Source: Selaginella moellendorffii (taxonomy: Eukaryota > Plantae > Lycopodiophyta). Taken from it: DNA of 64,000 bases. The position numbers and the translations under genes were made by a program. The notes beneath the pieces are model-generated. The model saw nothing but the letters and a program-made list of their open reading frames with translations. It was not told where the DNA came from and ran no database searches. Where the stretch lies: positions 2,376,408 to 2,440,407 of the forward strand of contig NW_003314278.1 of the NCBI RefSeq assembly GCF_000143415.4. Reading direction: 5' to 3'. How positions within the stretch are numbered: the first letter of the stretch is position 1; the number at the start of each line of letters is the position of its first letter. Positions 22,681 to 35,856 of the stretch are shown piece by piece.

Positions 22681-23560
22681 TGTAAGGAACCAACTCCCCA
22701 AGGTGTCGTAGGTTAAAGGATCCCCGAAAGCATGACCGAAATGACAAAGAGTTCATCGGATGGGACCGAGTCGAAGATCGAGTCCAAGACTGACTCTGAG
22801 ACCGAGTTCGAGATGGAATCCGAGGCCGAATCAGAGACCGAGTTTGAGACCGAGTTCGAGACAAAGTCCGAGATCCAAACTGGGTCCGAAACCGAGTCCG
22901 AGGTCGAGTCCGAAATCAAGTCCGAGATCGGGAAGGAACTCTCTAGTGGTGCTTCCAAACAAACTTGAGGTTGAGATTGGGGCCAAGGGGCCTTGGGTGG
23001 GAGTGAACATGGACTTGGGTGGTGCCGAAGGGGCCATCCAGGGAAGTGCTCAAGAGCAGCTCCCACTCCCAAAAAAGAAACCAACTACAGTGCTCCTGGC
23101 TCATGTGGAGTGGTGCCCCACTTGAGTACCTTGTGGCTCATTGGTACTCGCCCTTCCTAGGGGCTTGGGCCTTCCTTTCAGGCTGGAAGTAGGGGGGAGG
23201 GGGGGTAGAGGTACCCATACCGAGCTGTTAAGCCACGGTGTTTCGCCTCGATGTCCCGAAACAAGTGTTGCACCCAAGGCTTGGGATTTAGAGAGTCCTA
23301 TGATCAAGTCTTGCTGTACCAAGGGGTATTAGGAACCTGGAGGCTTGGTGTGCATGGCTGCTTGTGCCTATGGGGAGTGTAGCCAAACTTTAAGTCCAGT
23401 CTAACTCGAGGAGGGGGATTGTGGGAGAGATTTGGAAACCTGTGGATAGATAGCTAACACTCTATTGCTCATGTAGTGAGTAGTTGAAACCAAGTAAGAC
23501 CAAATAGGAGCTGGTACAATAGGTGGGAACTTTGGCGAGGGAACTTAGCACAAGCCAAGG
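22681..23560. mobile_element. Unclassified insertion with a 12-bp tandem array (22760-22930), related to 17386-17890; right boundary approximate
   Basis: GC-richer block interrupting the old A copy; starts TGTAAG; shares the array and the motifs gaagtgYtcaagag and tgtggctcat with 17800-17890. Confidence 0.5.
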
Positions 23561-24207
23561 CAATGTTGGTCGGATAGACGAGGTAAACTGGCAAATTGGA
23601 AAGAAAAAATTTGTAACTTACATTTGATTATTCAGTTGCAACCACATAACATCAAATACTGATGCTCTAGAATCCAAGGAGGAGAAGTCATGAAAAACTA
23701 GATCTAAACCAAAATTATAAATCCAAACACTTTTCAAGGATAATTGAAGTTACTTCTCACCTCTATCAGTATAAGTGCATAGAATATAAAATGGTATGCT
23801 AACTTGAAAACCATAGTTTATATAACAGAATAAGTGGTTCGGATTTAAATCAATCTGATAGTTACCAAAATCCCACTACACTAATAATAGTATACAAAAT
23901 TAAATCTGTACAATTTTATGATTTGTAAATAATTATTTAATTAAAAATTAATTATTATATAAAAAAATTGAGATTATTATATAGATTTAAAAGCTATTTA
24001 TTAAAAATATTATACTTTATATACATTATCTATTTCTCAATTTTCAACACTTATAATTGAAACTTTTGAGACATCATATTGTGATGTTCTTTTTAAAAAT
24101 TCAAATTTATATTAAACATTTGATATTAGTAGTGCTTAGAAAATTTCAATACAATTTTTAAATATGCTAAATAATTTATTGTGTGTTTCATAATGTTTGG
24201 TTCACTG

Positions 24208-24957
24208 AATAGTAGTGTTATTCTTCTCTCTTAATCCAATTGATCAAATGAAAGTTTATAACTATAAATATGTTAATAATTTATTAAAAACTATTAATAT
24301 TATTGCATATAAACCATTATATGGTAGAATAAAAAATAATATACAAGAAAGTGTTTATAGGAAAAATTTATAAATTATAAACATGCTTATAAATGCAAAA
24401 TGAATCTAAATGAATAACAACCAATAGATGGTAGAATATCCTAGAATATCCAAGTATATTCTAGGTTTATGCACTAACCAAAAAGAATTTATTTTTATTT
24501 TATTTAAAGTATTTATGAAATATCACTACTTTATAATTTAAATTATAGAAATATCATGAAGTTTTATTTAGTTTAAACCTTTTGTGAATATAAAATAACA
24601 CATCACCCAAAAGAATGATCAAAATTTCTATGCTATTTAATAAGTGTAAGATATCATAGTTGTAAACCTATTTTTCTCTTAAGAGATTATAATTTTTAGT
24701 TTGCTTAGGCAAACCTCTCTAGGGATTGCGATGGTACTGGATTATGCTTAGATATTCTAGGATATTCAACTATCTAGCAGTTTTTATTCATTTAAATTAA
24801 TCTTGTATTTCTAATTTATATACTTTCTAATATATATTTTTTTATTCTCCCATCTATGCAATAAGATTAATCTTGTATTTATAAATTACAAACATGCTTA
24901 TAATTATAAAATTTATTTGATTAGTTAGACTAATAAATAAGAATAACACTACTATTA
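24208..24957. mobile_element. AT-rich foldback/MITE-like element with long imperfect inverted arms
   Basis: aatagtagtgttattctt (24208) pairs with aagaataacactactatt (~24940); gaatatcctagaatatc (~24434) pairs with gatattctaggatattc (24751). Confidence 0.65.
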
Positions 24958-26596
24958 AGCAAACCAAATGTTTCTACATGAAATTCATATCAATTTATTT
25001 AAGGTACTAGACTTATGTCATTTTCATTCTTCTTTTATTAAATTGTGACACAGAAGGATGAACTTTTGACATACAATGCTTTAATGGTGCTGATCTCATT
25101 ATAAACCCGTTCTCTTTGGAAATGTGGTCATATTGTAGTTGAATTTAATATGTATTTATTTTATTGGCTTCCATCATTTTGTAATAATGTGAATTTATTT
25201 TTGGATGTAAATTATTTTATTTCCTTAATATCTACTATATGTGCTGGTCAAAACTCTTAACCTCACGAAGTTACATAGCAATTACTACTGTAAAATATCC
25301 TCCGAAATGAAATATGTAGCCCAAACATCATATTCTAGAGAACTTCCAGTGCAAAGAATTGTATTGGCCTTGTTCTGTTATGCCTCTAAAAGAAAGTTAG
25401 ACTTGGAAAGTTTTATCTAAAAATCAATACATGTTTTGCAAAATGGCTTGGTTGGTGGCACCCTCTGTAATAATTTTGTAAACTATAGGAATTCATAGTG
25501 CACATCTTTTTTCATACCCTCCTGGGAATTGTTTGAGCTTTAAACAAGTCGCCTCTCCTTGAGCACTTGACTCAATACCCGTGCCTTGCTCAGCTGCAGA
25601 GGTGCAGCACAAACCAGCAACGTACACCGATACGTCTGTGTGTATCACGAAAAGGATGAACTCAACTCGCCGGCTCATACATCCACATCCTCAAGAGCAT
25701 GCTCCTGCAGATTTTCCCCAACCCAAAATCCCAAAGGCTTGAAAGCAACAACCAAGCTTTGTCTTTCAAGCAAAAGCAAAGCTTTTGTCCGAACCGTGTA
25801 CCTCTAGCTGCTCAACGACAGTGTACGCACACGACTGTACAGTACTTGGAAGAGATCCCTCAACTCAACTCTTGCTTTTTCCCCCTGTTGGAAGTCAGAT
25901 TCGGAAGAGCAGGCTTTTACAGTCAGTCAGGTTCCTCCCTCCTTCTAGACTACTAAAACCAGAGAGAATCTACCACGGAATCCGGCGGGCAACAAGGGGA
26001 ATTTCAGCATCCGGAACCAGCATTCTTCCTCGAGAAGCCCAAATAAGCAGAGGACAGGAAACAAGGACGGAAATGGAACAAGGAAGCCAGCAAACGAAGC
26101 AAGCTCTCGGAAGCCATATCTATCCATGTATTAGGGCTCCTGCTGCTAATGCAGCACTCTGACTCTGACTCAAACCGGCTGCTTCAGAGACCCAACTGAC
26201 ACACGCTGAGGGTGAGAGACGAAGGAGAGGTGAGGTGATAAGAATTTTGTTTGCTTTTAAAACAAAGAAAGGCTCTGACCGAGAACATGCTGCCATATGC
26301 CTGATCATGAATACTGGAATAATCTCAGAAAGGTGCCGCTGCATTTTAAACAAGAGAAAGATCTGGCTGCCTGGCCGCTGCTGCAGCTGTTGCCGCTGCT
26401 GCTGCCGCTGATGCTGCTTTGACCGATTTCATCATCCATCATTCGCTCTTTCGTTTTCATTCATTCTGTTTGAGCTCACTCCTCTCATCTTTTCTATTCT
26501 CTTTGAAAACAAATGGTCCATGGTCTCGGGCGATTTTTAAAATGCCCTTCGCACTCACTCGAATTACTCGCGATGGAGCTTTCAATTGTCTGAGCC

Positions 26597-26627
<31 letters not shown>

Positions 26628-27891
26628 CTGCTGAGCTGAGCGCACTCCTGAAAGCGAATACGACGACCCGGAATTCTGAAGTATGGATTTGATTCCTCGC
26701 GGAAGACATATACAGAGAGACATGTCTCCATACACTCTCCTCTTTCCATTCATTTTTCTCATTTCCCGTATTGGATGCAGATATACACCATCAACTTGCA
26801 GAAATTTTTCTGTTATGTAATATCTTCTCTTCAAAAAGGATGGCACTTCTTCGAGGCCTAGGACCACCCCACTAAATACTAGCGCTTGGTACTACTATAC
26901 TACTCTACACTTCTACCTTGTCAAAGACCAAAGACTGCAAGTTCAATTCAACTCTCCATTTCTGTGTCAAGCGCTTTCGAAGACTGATTGAGCAAACAAC
27001 ACCACTACACACATAGACACACACACACACACATTCGGAGTGCGTCGTCCATTTCTCTTTCTTTCTTTCGCCCTCCATGGACGTCAGGAGCTCTGGGACA
27101 ATCAACAACAACGCTACGAGACGACACAACTTGAGTATATAAAAAAGCCCAGTGGAGGTTTTGTCAATCGCCCTCCCCACACTCCAACAATCAAGTTGGA
27201 AGCACAGCGACTGAGAATCTGAAAGAACATTAGCCTATTTAGTTTTTTCTTTTTTTCTCATGCATTTTTTCTCCTTTTCTTTTTTTTTTTTTTCCTTTTT
27301 TCCTTGGCTTCAGATGATGATAGCGATGATATGTTGGTTGATGATGATGAAACATTTACACAAGCAAAAACGACACTCGAGTTGTGGACTGAGCTCATCA
27401 GCCCTTCCGTCCGACCAACGCAACAGCATCTTTTCAATTCTTGTTCTTGATCCTCCTAGCTTCGACATTGCCCTTCGATCGACCCGGAACTTTCGGGCGG
27501 AGAGCTGGAACGGTCGAGATAATTGTCGTTTCGTGCTGGATTGTGCGTCCAGGAGCTGACTGGCGAGACCCACAAGTCTTTGATTGGGATACAAAGAGAG
27601 AAACGATGAAACGAAGGCCAAAGATGGTGGACGAGACGAACGAAGGGAAAAGAGACAACTTTTCTTATACTGAAAGAAACTCTAGGGAATTTAGAAACAA
27701 AAAACAAGAAGCTACGATGCTTAAATTCTCTCGCTGCGTGGCGCTCTAGATCCGTGACTCGAAAGAGAGAGAGAGAGAGAGAGAGAGAGGAAGGTAAAGG
27801 AAACTAGAAAGATTTGAGCGAACTAGAAACCACTTCCGACTCCTCCATGATCGATCGACGATGGATGATCCTCCTCTCACTCCTAACTCGC

Positions 27892-28290
27892 TCATAACCA
27901 GAGCGCCCCGGCCTCCTTGAGCTGAGGCACGAGCGAGCCGGAGATGTGGGCCGCCATCACCTGATCAAGGCCCCCGATGAGCTTGCCGCCGATGAAGACG
28001 GTGGGCACGACCTGCGAGTCGCCCATTATCCGGGCCAGGGCCTCCTCCATGTCGCCACCATCGCTCTCCTCGTCCATCTCGTACACGGTCGGGTTCACGC
28101 CCAGGCTGCACAGCAGGCTCTTGACGACGTGACACATGCAGCAGCTGCTCATGCTGAAGATCACCACCGCGTTCTCCGACACCATGCGCTCCACCCTCTC
28201 CATGGCGCTCAGCGCGCCGTGGCAGTGGCCGCCGCCGCCGGATCCCATGAGCTGGAATGCCGTCGAGGCGTGGCTGGAGATGTCGTACAT
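27892..28290 (-). CDS. CC-type (ROXY-like) glutaredoxin
   Basis: Intronless; CCMC active site, VPTVFIGG, C-terminal LVPQLKEAGALWL. Confidence 0.95.
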   Translation of the reverse strand: MYDISSHASTAFQLMGSGGGGHCHGALSAMERVERMVSENAVVIFSMSSCCMCHVVKSLLCSLGVNPTVYEMDEESDGGDMEEALARIMGDSQVVPTVFIGGKLIGGLDQVMAAHISGSLVPQLKEAGALWL

Positions 28291-29023
28291 TGTCACTCCC
28301 GAGAATTCGGAGAGATGCCGCGCGGAGGCCTGGAGAGCTAGCGCAGTTCGCAAAGATGGAGGAGGCGGAGGAACTGGAGCAAGCGTGCGAGAGAGCTTCT
28401 ATATTCTTCTGCGGAGAGAGGGACGAGGACGATTCAGGAACAAGACAGTGGCAGCCGAGAGCTGCGAGAGTGACAAGAGCTATCACAAGCGACAAATGTG
28501 CCTTGGCCAAGGAAATCTTGGATATGTCGTCGCGCGATCGATCACAGCACGGCCACAGCACAGCACAGAGAGAGCAGCACAGCGCGCGCCTCCTCCAAAG
28601 ACAAAAAGAGAGCTCGCTTCGTGGCTTCTTCTTTCTTCTTTCAAAGAAAACCAAGAAACGGGAGAGGCGAAGATCGACCGATCACACTGCTGCTTTGCCG
28701 ATGGAGAAAGATTCGCGGGGCGGAATTGGGAGCGGAGGAAAGAGAGCTGCCGCGGTAATCTTTCCGCCAGAGGCGAGGGAATGGGAGGCGGATCAAGAAG
28801 GCGCAGAGCTGTGGAGCGAGCAATGCGGCGGAGAAGCTAGCAGCATGCACGATCGCGATCGAGAGAGAAACACCCAAGAGCCCCGAAAGAAGCAAAATCC
28901 CTCTCCTCTCCCGGACGAAACCAGAAGAAATCCCGAAGAACACAAGCAACAAACAAAGCCAAAAACCAAAAGCGCTCTATGTGTTTTTACCACCCACTGT
29001 TACCGTGACCCCTCCCGGCATTG

Positions 29024-29209
29024 CTTTATATACAGGTGATTGGGTGGGGTAAAACAAGTTAAACGCCTTCTTTTCGTTTCACACCGGAAGAGAGAGAGTG
29101 CCGCGCATGCATGCATCCATCCCACATTCAGCCATCCCCATCCATCCAAGATTTTATCTTCCTGCCACGCAAGCACTGACGTGGCTGGTGCTTTCACTGT
29201 GCACGTCAG
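29024..29209 (-). promoter_or_regulatory. Putative glutaredoxin promoter: TATA box, RY motif and inverted TGACGTG pair
   Basis: TATATAAAG on the minus strand at ~29024-32; CATGCATG at ~29107; CTGACGTG (29176-83) and CACGTCAG (29202-09). Confidence 0.45.
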
Positions 29210-32200
29210 CGATACCGCCAGCGTGGAGAAAGGTCCCCACTTTCTCGCGCAAAAGCAGAGCCAAGAAAAGCTTGCATTGATATGAAACAATGAATTCAAA
29301 GGCTTACATCACATTGAAAACAGCCAGGGATGAGAATCTCGCAGTTGCAAGCTATTTTTGACCTAATCGGCATTGATACGTTAACATGGAGGAGGAGCAA
29401 TCACGCCTTTACAACAGGAATATCATACACTTGCAATAATGAATTGATCTACCAAAAGCAACGACGCAAACAGTTGATAGATTGCCCCCCAGATACGCAA
29501 TGAGTCCACCTTCTTAGGGTTGGCATTTTGACTTGGGGGAATCATTTTATCTTTTCCTCGACTCCCGATCGAAATCAGCTTGAATCACATCATTTGCGGC
29601 ATGGAATTTCAAAGGCCATGGTACTGGCCGCGGGGGCAATCATAGGTTTCCCACTTTGTTCAACCTACTCACGTGCGCTTGCAAGTTAAGAAATCCCCAC
29701 TGTTGATCATCGTTCCCATAAATCTAGTGCTTTTCTCATGTACTAAGTTCATTGCAATGGGACATTCCCAAACCCGCACATTGTCAAGTTCCATGGCGGA
29801 TCACCAGTGACCTAGTTTCCGCTAGACCCCCTTTTGAAATTTTCAGTCTCCATCTCTCTCTCGCCATACAAAGTTACACCAAAGCAAGGCAAGTGGTCTT
29901 TTTCCTTGCCAGCTGGTTAAGTAAGGCCAAAGCAAATTCTTATGTTTTACCAACCCCCACTGGCAAAAGTAAAATTTCGCTTGTCTCTTGATGATCCATC
30001 CCCACTACCATATCAAGAATGAGGATTGAAATGTTGCCATCAAGCAACGTCTCATGGACATCATGTGGCCATTTCCTTTTTGGCTTTGCAGCTGCCCGCG
30101 AAGCTTTGACGTCATGTATGCATCCCTACAAAGATCACTACCATCATCCATGATGTATGCATATTTCCATGGTTGGTAGTTTTTAATCACTTGCGACCCT
30201 CCCCAGAACTCGTCGGTTAAACCATAGCCTTTTGGGTCCGGAATAGAATGAGGTACCTACGTATAGTCTAGTAACGTCCGGGCGTGCCGTACCAACCCCC
30301 CATGGTAGATTTTCTCCCTTCAATCACCAAGGTTTAAGCTAATCATCTCCTCAATCATGGAGGCAATTTTTTTGTGCTCGAGTGTGAATTATAAAAACTT
30401 TGGGAGTTTGCGTTTTCGATACGTATTCCGAGGCCGGTCGTATGTACCAACCCAAATCCCTATGGCACCTGTGCGAGATATGTTAAATGCATGTGCTATG
30501 AGCCTATAGCTTAAACCTTGCTTGCACCATCGCCGCCGGCGCGTCTCCGGCTGCCACGTGTGAGCCGTCACCGCCACTGGCACCGCCCTTTTCCATACAT
30601 AATGCGATCGAGCGGCCTATAGACTACTGGCGGGGATTTGCCACGTGGGACGCCCCCTACGTTAGCGATTGCGTGGCGCGCTGTGTGTTTGGTATCTATG
30701 TCGGATCCTTTGCATGTGTGTGTGTGTGGTTGTGATATTGTAAAATCCCCACCTTTTCCAAGATTTAAAAAATCGATCACTATATGCTTGCCATATGCTC
30801 TGGATATCGCAAATCAGCAAACCGGAGCGTACATTCGTTGGTGTTTCTTTTCGCTTTTCCCTTTTGATTTCTTTTTTATTTTTTATTTGGGCCGCGTTGG
30901 TACGGCCCCGGCTAAAAGCCAAATCAGCAGCAGAGTCAGGTGGTCGTGGCTGCCGTCACGCAACCACGTCAGTGGGGATGACAGGATTTGTCCGCCCACG
31001 CGCCCCAGCCCTAAATTTTGCAAAGTTAGTCAGCCCTAAGTGTGTGACGCGCGCGTGCGCTTGCGTCGCTCTCCCTGCCTTGCATGTTTTCGATTTCTTA
31101 CGCCCTCGAGCCGATTTAAAACGGAGGGCGTAAGAAATCGCAAAAAAACATTGACCGTCCGGAAATTTTCTGCCTGCATGAAGTAAACAAGGATCTTGGT
31201 GTGGTGGCGCGATCTTCCAGGGAGCTAATTTGTGAGAAGCTAATAGGAGGAATTGGGGTTAATACGAGGAAAGCAGCAACAACCAGAACACTGATGGATG
31301 ATGGATGGAGAAAGGTCTCCTGCTGTTGAGATTCTCTCCATTAAAGGCGCGGGAAATGAATTGGGCGAGCAAGCAAGGACGTAGACGCCGACGGGCGGAC
31401 GGGGTGGGAGGGATGTGGAGTCAGGGGGTCGTCTCATCTCATCGTTGAATTCTCTCTTTGGAAGGGGAGATTTGATGTGGAAATCCGTGCAGAGAATGGA
31501 GCAATCTTTTTAGGGCTAGGGTGGTGGTGGTGGCACCATTTTCTTGATTCGCCCACCGTCATTCCATAGCCGCCCTCGCCGCCTTTGCGAGGAATCTGGA
31601 ATGCGGCCGGTACGAACGGACGGACGATTCCCAACGGACGGACAGAGGCCGTCGCGGAACAAGGACGGCGCCGGACACTCGTGGAATATCCCACGTATGT
31701 TCCTTTTTAAATTTTTTGTAATTGCGCGCTCTCAACGGTCAAGAAGAGGGAATGGGAAATTTTTCCAAAATCCCACTGGCAAGAATTTGACAATACAACC
31801 GAATCCAGCTCTGCGCTTGCTTGCAATGCTTACGATCAAATCCCATTCTCCGATGCGCAATTGACAGACATGCCACACAGGAAATATATATCTACTTGTC
31901 GATGTTGTTTGCTGTTGATGATTTGTCAAGGTGACGCAAGACTTTACCCATTGTTTTAGAATGAGAACCGCCCAGCTTGTCAAAGACAGGGACGAGATTG
32001 TAAACTAGAGAACAACTTGTGTCTTTCGATCTGTTTTTTACGGCTGTTTTTTACCTACCAGAGTCATGTTCCTGATGACGCAAGAGATCTCTCGAGCTAG
32101 ATCTAATCGAGAATAGCTTTGTAGTCCGTGCGGCATACGGACTTTCGGCTATCACAGGGGGAATAGCAGCTTTGCTCCTTGTGCATTCTAATCACACAAA

Positions 32201-32481
32201 ACCCCAAAAGCCCCCAACACCAGTGATCTATAGATACATTGCATGTACCAATGGAGACAAAAATACTCCCAGCATTTGAGAGATCGAAGCTAGCAATCAT
32301 CAAATTAATGCGGCCACCCCAAATGTTTCGCAATCCAGTCAAAGCTTGGGGTGGAAAGTTGCGTAAACAAATCAGGCCTGTTTTGAAGAAGTCGCTCCAA
32401 GGTCTGAAGGACACGATTTAAGAACCAGAGACAAAAAAATAAAAGATGGAAGGATGCAAACAAAAGCTTGATACCTGCGTG

Positions 32482-34399
32482 TCAGGAAGAAGTTGCCGCA
32501 CGCGCCTTTTTGTCGTTGCGAGTCCGCTTTCTTTTCTCCCTGTGAGTTTCCGTGTACTGCCTCTTGGACAGTAAGTTCTTCATGGCGAGCTCGGCGGCTT
32601 GTGCAGCCTCGGCCACCGCTGCGGCCACCGAGACTGATGAGTCGGAGGGACTTCCTTGCAATACCTTGAGCATACGGTCTCCGCCAGGAACTTCGGTATC
32701 GTCCAGTGCTTCGTACGAAGACGTGGCGGGAGATTTTTGTATAACTCGGAGGCGGGTTAACGCACCAGCAGCGGAAGCTTGGGCGAGTGATGTCAATTCT
32801 GTCACCTGTTCCGGTTTCAATGCTCGATCACCGACTTCCCTTGTCTCTGCTGCACCAGCAACGAGCCACAGCCTTTCTTTTCTATCGAATTGTAAACCGG
32901 TCGGGCATATAGGTTCTTGCCAAGAGATTTTCTAACAAGACAAAAACAGTCAAGAAAAGAAAAGAAAAACCATACCTGAAGAAACAAAAGCTTTTTGATA
33001 CCGAAGTCACAACGAAGTAGGATCACACCTGTAAGCCTATGCTTTGCAAAACAGTCAGTTAGTATATGCATGACGCAGGTACCAGAAACAGACACCTCTC
33101 AATTGTAGAAGCTACTACAGATCCGCTGGCTGACGTGTTGACAACGGCAGGAGCAACAAATGTATCGGTTTTATCAGTCTGTCCACAACAAAAGGACTTG
33201 AGACAAGGCAGATATATAGCAAAAATAGCAGAAAAGACCTGTAAGAGGTTGAAAATATTAATTGTATCCAGCAGGTGCCCCGAAACATGATCCCATAGAC
33301 GAATCTGTGTTGGGAAAGTACATGCAAAAAAATTGGTTGTAAATCGAATGTTTAAACTTACCGTAGAGTCGCCTCCTCCGGAAACTAATAACGCTTCTGA
33401 CGATCCATCACCCACAAATGCAAGGCAAGATACAAAACTGTAACAAGTTTAGCCCATGTCCACAAAGACAGACGTTGATAGTTGATGTTACCTTGTGTGA
33501 TCAAGACAGAAGCTTTGGATTTCGTAAGCTCCTAGCATGGGATTCTTTGGAAGTACACTTACCTGCAAGTGTGGAAGAGTCAGCAGGGAAGAAACCAAAG
33601 AGAGCACAGCCTACTGACACGAATTTTATAGTCTCTATCTGCCGTTACAACAAATTTGCCACAGGGAGACGTCTCCTGCAGACACCCGATTCAAGGATCA
33701 GCAAGCGAGTCAGAAGGAGAGCGAATAAACCCGACCAGGCTTGTGATTATGCTGCAGCAGTGCGCCAGAAGTTGAGCTGGTTCTTCGTTTGTGTCACTTT
33801 TGTCGTGCGCCAGAGTTGGGATAACATAAACCACTCCAAATTTGTCCGCGACCAACAGCCACTGGCCATCCCGACTGAAAGCCACAGCGCTGGTTTTCTT
33901 GTTCACAGGTCTGTAAGAGTGCTTAAAATGACGCTTCCAAAAAACATGAAGAAGAAGAAGAAGAAGAAGAAGAAAGATAAGTTACATGGTTTTCGAGCAC
34001 TTCCACGAGAATGTATCCCAAAGCTTGACGAGCTTATCGTCCCCGGCGGACGCGAAGAATGCACCGTCGTGACTAAATCCAGAAGCTCGAATCGCAGCGC
34101 GGTGGCCGGAAGAATCATCAACTGGAGTCACCGCTTCATTGCTCCTGGAAATAAATCACTCAGCCTCGCAAGCGCCAAGAGCGGAATTCTTACTCTAGAT
34201 CGAAGACTCGAAATCCAGCTCCCACTGAGACCACAATCGCGCGAGAATTGGGGTGAATGCTGATAATCGCTGGAGCCATAGCCTGGCTTTGCGAGCCCGG
34301 ATGGAATTGATCCTCACAAACCTCTTTCTCCTCCTCATCCTCGAGCTCGTCCTTGTCTCCTTCCGCTTCCGCCGTCGCCAAATCCTCCTCTCCAGCCAT
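32482..34399 (-). CDS. TRM82: tRNA m7G methyltransferase non-catalytic WD40 subunit (multi-exon)
   Basis: LLVADKFGVVY, LLAHCCSIITSL, VTADRDYKIRVS and LVSGGGDSTxRLWD motifs of plant WDR4/Trm82. Confidence 0.88.
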
Positions 34400-34542
34400 T
34401 GCTAGGGCTTTACTAGGGTATAGTCCGAGGTGGCATATTTCCCGTGAGTTTGGGACGCCATGTCATAGTCTATAAAGTAAAACTAATGTCAAAGCCATCA
34501 ACGCGTGGAGAGTAGAGATCTAGCCTAGGCGCGACCGATTAG

Positions 34543-35292
<750 letters not shown>

Positions 35293-35856
35293 TCAAGTTT
35301 GCTCGCGTCGTCCTCGTTCTTTTTTTTTCTCCTTTTTTCCCCCACTCTCTTGCTTCAGCTCTCTTTGTTTTTGTTTGGAAAGTTCTTTTCTTTCTTTCAT
35401 GTTAGGACGATTTCACCACGTCGCGAAGCTTTAAATTATTGTCCTTCCTTCTCTACGTTTTTAAGATCCTTCGCTAGGTACCTAAGTAATATTTTTACAC
35501 GCATTGGATGAGCCGTGGTTGGATTATCAGTAGCTTAACGTGCGGCTTCGTACGTAGTGGCCGCCGCATTTTAATTATTATCTGGACAGTGGCGGCCGTT
35601 AGATTCTGCAGATGGACGGACGCGGTTGCGCCACGCTCAAAAACGTGATTTCCCCCTCCCTCCAAGCCCTAATTCTAGCGCACTGCTTGGGCAGGGCGCG
35701 TGGACTGGAGCCCCGCTGTTCTTCCCGAGAGAATCATCCTCGCTGGATCTGGCGCTGCTGCACTGTTCTCCTTGCAGCTAAAGAGTAAGCTGCTGCAGAG
35801 ATTTCGTCCTCCTCGTCGCCCTCGGGATCTAGGCCTGGAATGAGGTGAGAGAATCG

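Larger units (their letters stand above)
15810..23910 (-). mobile_element. Old, AT-decayed copy of Gypsy family A carrying several nested insertions
   Basis: Collinear degenerate matches to INT (15810-15902, 16604-16730, 19200-19700), RH/RT (19900-21300), gag (21860-22680) and leader plus 5' LTR (23690-23910). Confidence 0.8.

Noticed and set aside
22732-22968. Glu/Ser/Thr-rich ORF or CRISPR-like array
   Set aside because: Simple 12-bp tandem array with no unique spacers, in a eukaryotic TE context
27390-27510. miR159/319-like hairpin
   Set aside because: Only an imperfect ~15-bp stem, and no conserved mature miRNA sequence
31505-31525. Telomerase RNA template or telomeric array
   Set aside because: tttagggctaggg is not a proper template repeat, and no USE plus TATA arrangement was found
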